Source of the DNA: Burkholderiales bacterium
Lineage (GTDB): Bacteria > Pseudomonadota > Gammaproteobacteria > Burkholderiales > JBOIGA01
Length of the DNA: 48,012 bases
Reading direction: 5' to 3'
Assembly: GCA_050741875.1 (NCBI GenBank)
Contig: JBOIGA010000002.1
Coordinates: 1 to 48,012 of the forward strand
In this document: positions 45,301 to 48,012 of the stretch, in pieces
How the letters are laid out: each line of letters starts with the position of its first letter
Numbering within the stretch: position 1 is the first letter of the stretch
Notes under the pieces: model-generated
The model's input: only the letters and a program-made list of their open reading frames with translations
What the model was told of the DNA's origin: nothing
Database searches by the model: none
Position numbers and translations under genes: made by a program

Positions 45301-48012
45301 TTGCGCCGCAGACGCTCGGGCGGCGGCCGCAAACGCGCGTGCGGATACAACAAATACCCGGCGAGCTCTTCGAACGAGCGGCTGTCGTCGCGGTGGAGGC
45401 GCAAGCGCCGCATTTCCAGTTGAGTATGCGTCCACGCCATTTCGAATGCCCGGTCAGTGGCGCGCGTGTCGGAATACTTTTGCGCGACCGCAAGCGCGCC
45501 CGCACGCGATTCGGCCGCCGCGGTAACAAACGAAATTCGCGCGCGTTCGCCGCCCTTGAGCCGCACGACGCTGCGCAAACTGAAGATCGGGTCGAGCGTA
45601 GCGCCGGCTGTATCAGTCAATTTCTTGTTGAGCGCCAAGGGACGCTCAAGCGGGCGTCCGCGGCCGATGAAAGCCGCGCGCGCGGTTTCATATTGCCCAC
45701 CGCCAACGGGCGTTACCGCGTGAACCGCCCATATGCCGGCATCATTGGGAGCGCCGGCGCGCCGCCGGGCTAAGAGCACTCCAGGCAGCGCCTCGGTCTC
45801 GATGAAAAGATTGCTGAAAGCCGGGTGCGTGCGATCGGAAGCGTGCGCGGCCAGCACGATTTCCGCGTAGCTCGTGACTTCGATCGTGCGATCGCGCGAG
45901 CCGTGGTTGATCAAAGTCACACGGCGGATTTCAGCGTTATCCTCGGGCGAGACGACGATTTCGGTTAGCGTGCCGAATTCGCGGTCGCGCCGCATGAACG
46001 CGGCCTTGTCCTCGGTGAATTTCACTTCATAAGCGGCGGCGGTCGAGCGCATCGGCTGACGCGTTGCTGACCAGGCGTGTCCGCTCTTCGTGTCCTTGAA
46101 GTAGATAAAACTGCCCCAGCAATCCCGCGTCGAATCGGCGCGCCAGCGCGTGATGTCGATATCGCGCAAGCGGCTGTAGCCGCCGCCGGAATCGGTCACC
46201 ATTACCGAATAAGCGCCGTTCGACAGCAGATGCACTTTGGGAGAAGAAATGCCCTGAGTCTCCGTGCGGTCCGATGCGCGCCTGGCTGCGATCGGCGCAA
46301 GCCGCGGTAGCGGCGCTTCTCGTACATAGTTCTGAGCGACCGCCGGCCCGGCAGGGATGCGCTCGAACAATAGAGGTTCGGCAGCACGCACTCGCGGGTC
46401 GGCGTGGAAACGTGCGGGCATGACCTCATCGTGCAGCGCATTGTCGATCGCGGTAAGGATCATCCCTTGGTGGTGCGCCATATACGCGTACACTGGCACG
46501 CCGCGTTCGCCGCCCGGCTCGTGCTGGCGCGAATAATCGATCGCTTCGAAAAACCCGTAATCACCGACGAGCCCTCGCGGCGTGAACTCGGCGAGACGCC
46601 GCAGGTTGTCGATTGCGGCGGCGGGCGCGACTCGCAATGCGAGCACGGTTGAATACGGACTCACGACCAGGTCATCTTCGAGTCCGCGCTTCAACCCGAG
46701 ACCGGGGACGCCGAACGCTCGGTACTGGTAGATTTTGTGCGCATCGAGGGCGCTGAACGCCGCCTCGGAAATTCCCCACGGAATGCCGCGCTGCGCGCCG
46801 TATTCGATTTGACCCGCGACCGCCGTCCGGCACGCCTGATCGAGCAGCGAATGATTGAAGCTGCGAGTCAACAGCAGCGGCATCAGGTATTCGAACATCG
46901 TGCCGCTCCAGGATAAAAGCGCGCGCCGTCCATAAGCTGTGCCATGCGGACGCCCGAGCGCCCACCAATGCTCGACCGGCACGTCGTCTTGCGCGATCGC
47001 GACAAAACTGCCGAGTCGCGCTTCGCTCGCGAGCAGATCGTAGTGCGACGTATCGAGCCTGCGCTCGCTCACGTTGTAGCCGATCGCGAACAATTTGCGC
47101 TCTTGCCGATACAGGAAACGCAGATTCATGGCATTCGCCAGCGCTTCCATTTGCGCGATGAGCTCATCGGCGATCGCGACTTGCTCGAGCGCGGCGCGTT
47201 GCGCATTGGAGATTGCCTCGGCGAGCTTATCGAGCCAGTCGCGCGCACTGTCCCGCGCGTTGAGCTCGCTCTTGCGGGCGTGCAAAGCCAGCAATTGGCT
47301 GACGCCGGGAATGTCCGCGGCGGCGAGCATGCGCAGCGACGGGTGCGAGGCAAGCGCGTGCCGCCGCCATTCGTGCGCGCGCTCGCCGAGCAAAAGCAGA
47401 CCTTCCTGCGGCAAATCCGAAAGAACTTTCACCCATTGCAGGTAGGCTTCGATGGCCGCGTTCCAGGCGCGCGCCTGACGCGCGACCTGACTGCTCCAGT
47501 AGGAGGCGGGCCGAAGATGCGCGAGCCGTTCCGCAGGACCGGCGGCGAGAACGACGCGCCGCACGATTTCATCGAGCGGCTGCTGCGGATCATCAACGAG
47601 GGCGGTCAGCGCGTTGAGCTGCGCCTCAGTCTCCGGGTCTGCTTCCGCAGCTTCGTTCGCCAACGCCAGAACATCGGCGAGACCCGCGAGCGCCGAAGGG
47701 CCGATGACCGCGCGGTTCAGAAATTCAAGATACGCCTGTTCCGCGGTCCATAGAGCCGCGATCAGATTGCCGCTGTCGACCAGCGACACATAGCGCGGGT
47801 GCAACGGTTCCAGGGTCGCGGTGTTGTACCAGTTCAGCAAGTGGCCTTCGAAGCGTTCGAGCTTGAACAAGGTTTGCAACGTTGCGCGATTGCGCGCGAT
47901 CGCGTCATCGGTCGTGATGTACCCGAAGTCGCGCGCGGCGACAGTCGCCAGCACGCCGAAGCCGATATTGGTGGGGGACGTGCGTTGCGCGACTTCCGCG
48001 CGCATGAACTCC
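42363..48012 (-). CDS. giant GH94-type (cellobiose/chitobiose-phosphorylase-like) protein resembling cyclic beta-1,2-glucan synthase; 5' end outside the window
   Basis: 1880 aa of continuous ORF. GH94-typical catalytic region (RFLYRQER..., GDWNDGMNRVG, GGWTWYTGSAGWMY). The ORF reaches the window edge. Confidence 0.85.
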   Translation of the reverse strand, partial: EFMRAEVAQRTSPTNIGFGVLATVAARDFGYITTDDAIARNRATLQTLFKLERFEGHLLNWYNTATLEPLHPRYVSLVDSGNLIAALWTAEQAYLEFLNRAVIGPSALAGLADVLALANEAAEADPETEAQLNALTALVDDPQQPLDEIVRRVVLAAGPAERLAHLRPASYWSSQVARQARAWNAAIEAYLQWVKVLSDLPQEGLLLLGERAHEWRRHALASHPSLRMLAAADIPGVSQLLALHARKSELNARDSARDWLDKLAEAISNAQRAALEQVAIADELIAQMEALANAMNLRFLYRQERKLFAIGYNVSERRLDTSHYDLLASEARLGSFVAIAQDDVPVEHWWALGRPHGTAYGRRALLSWSGTMFEYLMPLLLTRSFNHSLLDQACRTAVAGQIEYGAQRGIPWGISEAAFSALDAHKIYQYRAFGVPGLGLKRGLEDDLVVSPYSTVLALRVAPAAAIDNLRRLAEFTPRGLVGDYGFFEAIDYSRQHEPGGERGVPVYAYMAHHQGMILTAIDNALHDEVMPARFHADPRVRAAEPLLFERIPAGPAVAQNYVREAPLPRLAPIAARRASDRTETQGISSPKVHLLSNGAYSVMVTDSGGGYSRLRDIDITRWRADSTRDCWGSFIYFKDTKSGHAWSATRQPMRSTAAAYEVKFTEDKAAFMRRDREFGTLTEIVVSPEDNAEIRRVTLINHGSRDRTIEVTSYAEIVLAAHASDRTHPAFSNLFIETEALPGVLLARRRAGAPNDAGIWAVHAVTPVGGGQYETARAAFIGRGRPLERPLALNKKLTDTAGATLDPIFSLRSVVRLKGGERARISFVTAAAESRAGALAVAQKYSDTRATDRAFEMAWTHTQLEMRRLRLHRDDSRSFEELAGYLLYPHARLRPPPERLRRNVLGQSGLWEYGISGDLPILALTIGDAGDIELVSQTLAAHNYLKLRGLRFDLVILNEESASYEQPLHEQLRRLVEAHAPDAKEQGGVILLPAAKVPERDFNLLLASARVVLVAARGSLRKQLALPALATDLPPSLLVNEHVMEEPSAPLPYMELPYFNGLGGFTHDGHEYVIYLGPDTRTPAPWVNVMANPNFGALVSESGSGFAWCGNSQSNRLTPWSNDAVRDPAGDAIYIRDEDIGVYWTPTASPIRELDAYRARHGQGYTVFEHNSHAIEQELLCFVPLDDAGGAAVRIQKLRLRNASSRARRLSVTAYCEWVLGGHREETQQHIITNWDAESQALFARNSYHPDFAPHVAFAASAPAANSFTGDRTEFLGRNGSLARPAALKRSKLSRRSGAALDPCAALQVEVELDPGQETEIVFLLGQTENAGAARELIKRYRDVSAVEHALSETRAWWDRALGVIEINTPDLAVNLLLNRWLLYQDLSCRIWGRSGFYQSSGAYGFRDQLQDGLALLYSAPQIARAQILRAAARQFREGDVQHWWHSDSGAGVRTRISDDLLWLPYATAQYLRVTGDAGVLDEIVPFLEGAELEPGDHDKYFAPSQSAEAAPLLEHCRRAIVRGVTEGAHGLPLIGSGDWNDGMNRVGADGKGESVWLAWFVIHVLHDWADLLSLRNGIEEAREANEARARAARMTRAVEQHAWDGGWYVRAFFDDGTPLGSAQSAEAKIDSLAQSWAAISGTADAERTALALNAAEQHLVRAAEGLVLLFTPPFDASPLDPGYIKGYPPGVRENGGQYTHGSLWLPMAFARCGEGDKATALMRMMNPVEHARTPDDVARYQVEPYVVAADVYALAGQTGRGGWTWYTGSAGWMYRIWLEEILGFKLRGEKLSLDPVISSAWTGFSLRFRYRDTDYDLVVENPQGICRGVEAIRIDGKPVSGTSIDLINDRRRHVVLVQMSRFTAEHGTFAAAVNRVPAVK

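Overview
This is a high-GC chromosomal window from an unidentified bacterium. The gene content resembles soil Gram-negative bacteria, but I cannot assign a taxon from sequence alone. I support about 40 protein genes. I found no rRNA, tRNA, CRISPR array, transposase or integrase.

Gene blocks, in order:
1. 1.3-3.5 kb: four tandem secreted EF-hand calcium-binding proteins.
2. 3.7-7.9 kb: a PAS/GAF hybrid sensor kinase, translationally coupled to a second kinase-like protein with degenerate ATP-binding boxes.
3. 8.1-10.7 kb: alpha/beta hydrolase, PilZ and MFS transporter genes.
4. 11.0-20.3 kb: one tightly coupled 11-gene operon. It encodes an Rrf2 regulator, sufBCDSUT, a Rieske ferredoxin, a JAMM protease, a CysO-rhodanese-E1 triple fusion and cysM.
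5. 20.3-25.1 kb: a Q-rich hydrophilin, plus an operon encoding an arginase::ornithine aminotransferase fusion, an ALDH7-type dehydrogenase and a VOC-fold protein.
6. 25.9-34.9 kb: glgX, treZ and a malQ::treY fusion.
7. 35.2-37.8 kb and 41.7-42.2 kb: small stress-type proteins (DUF2383, DUF4142, SRPBCC, ferritin-like, hemerythrin). Several have sigma54-type -24/-12 promoters.
8. 37.9-41.4 kb: a decayed patch around glgC. It holds an isochorismatase::sortase chimera, a DUF72 pseudogene, and a higBA pair whose toxin carries a compensated double frameshift.
9. 42.4 kb to the window end: a 5'-truncated giant GH94-type protein resembling cyclic beta-1,2-glucan synthase.

The most unusual non-genic signal is a set of intergenic tandem arrays with a 7-nt period. 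Most are paired with an inverted array to form hairpins, and most start at or over a stop codon. Each locus uses its own heptamer sequence.

All calls rest on reading the sequence and recalled family motifs. No database search was run.
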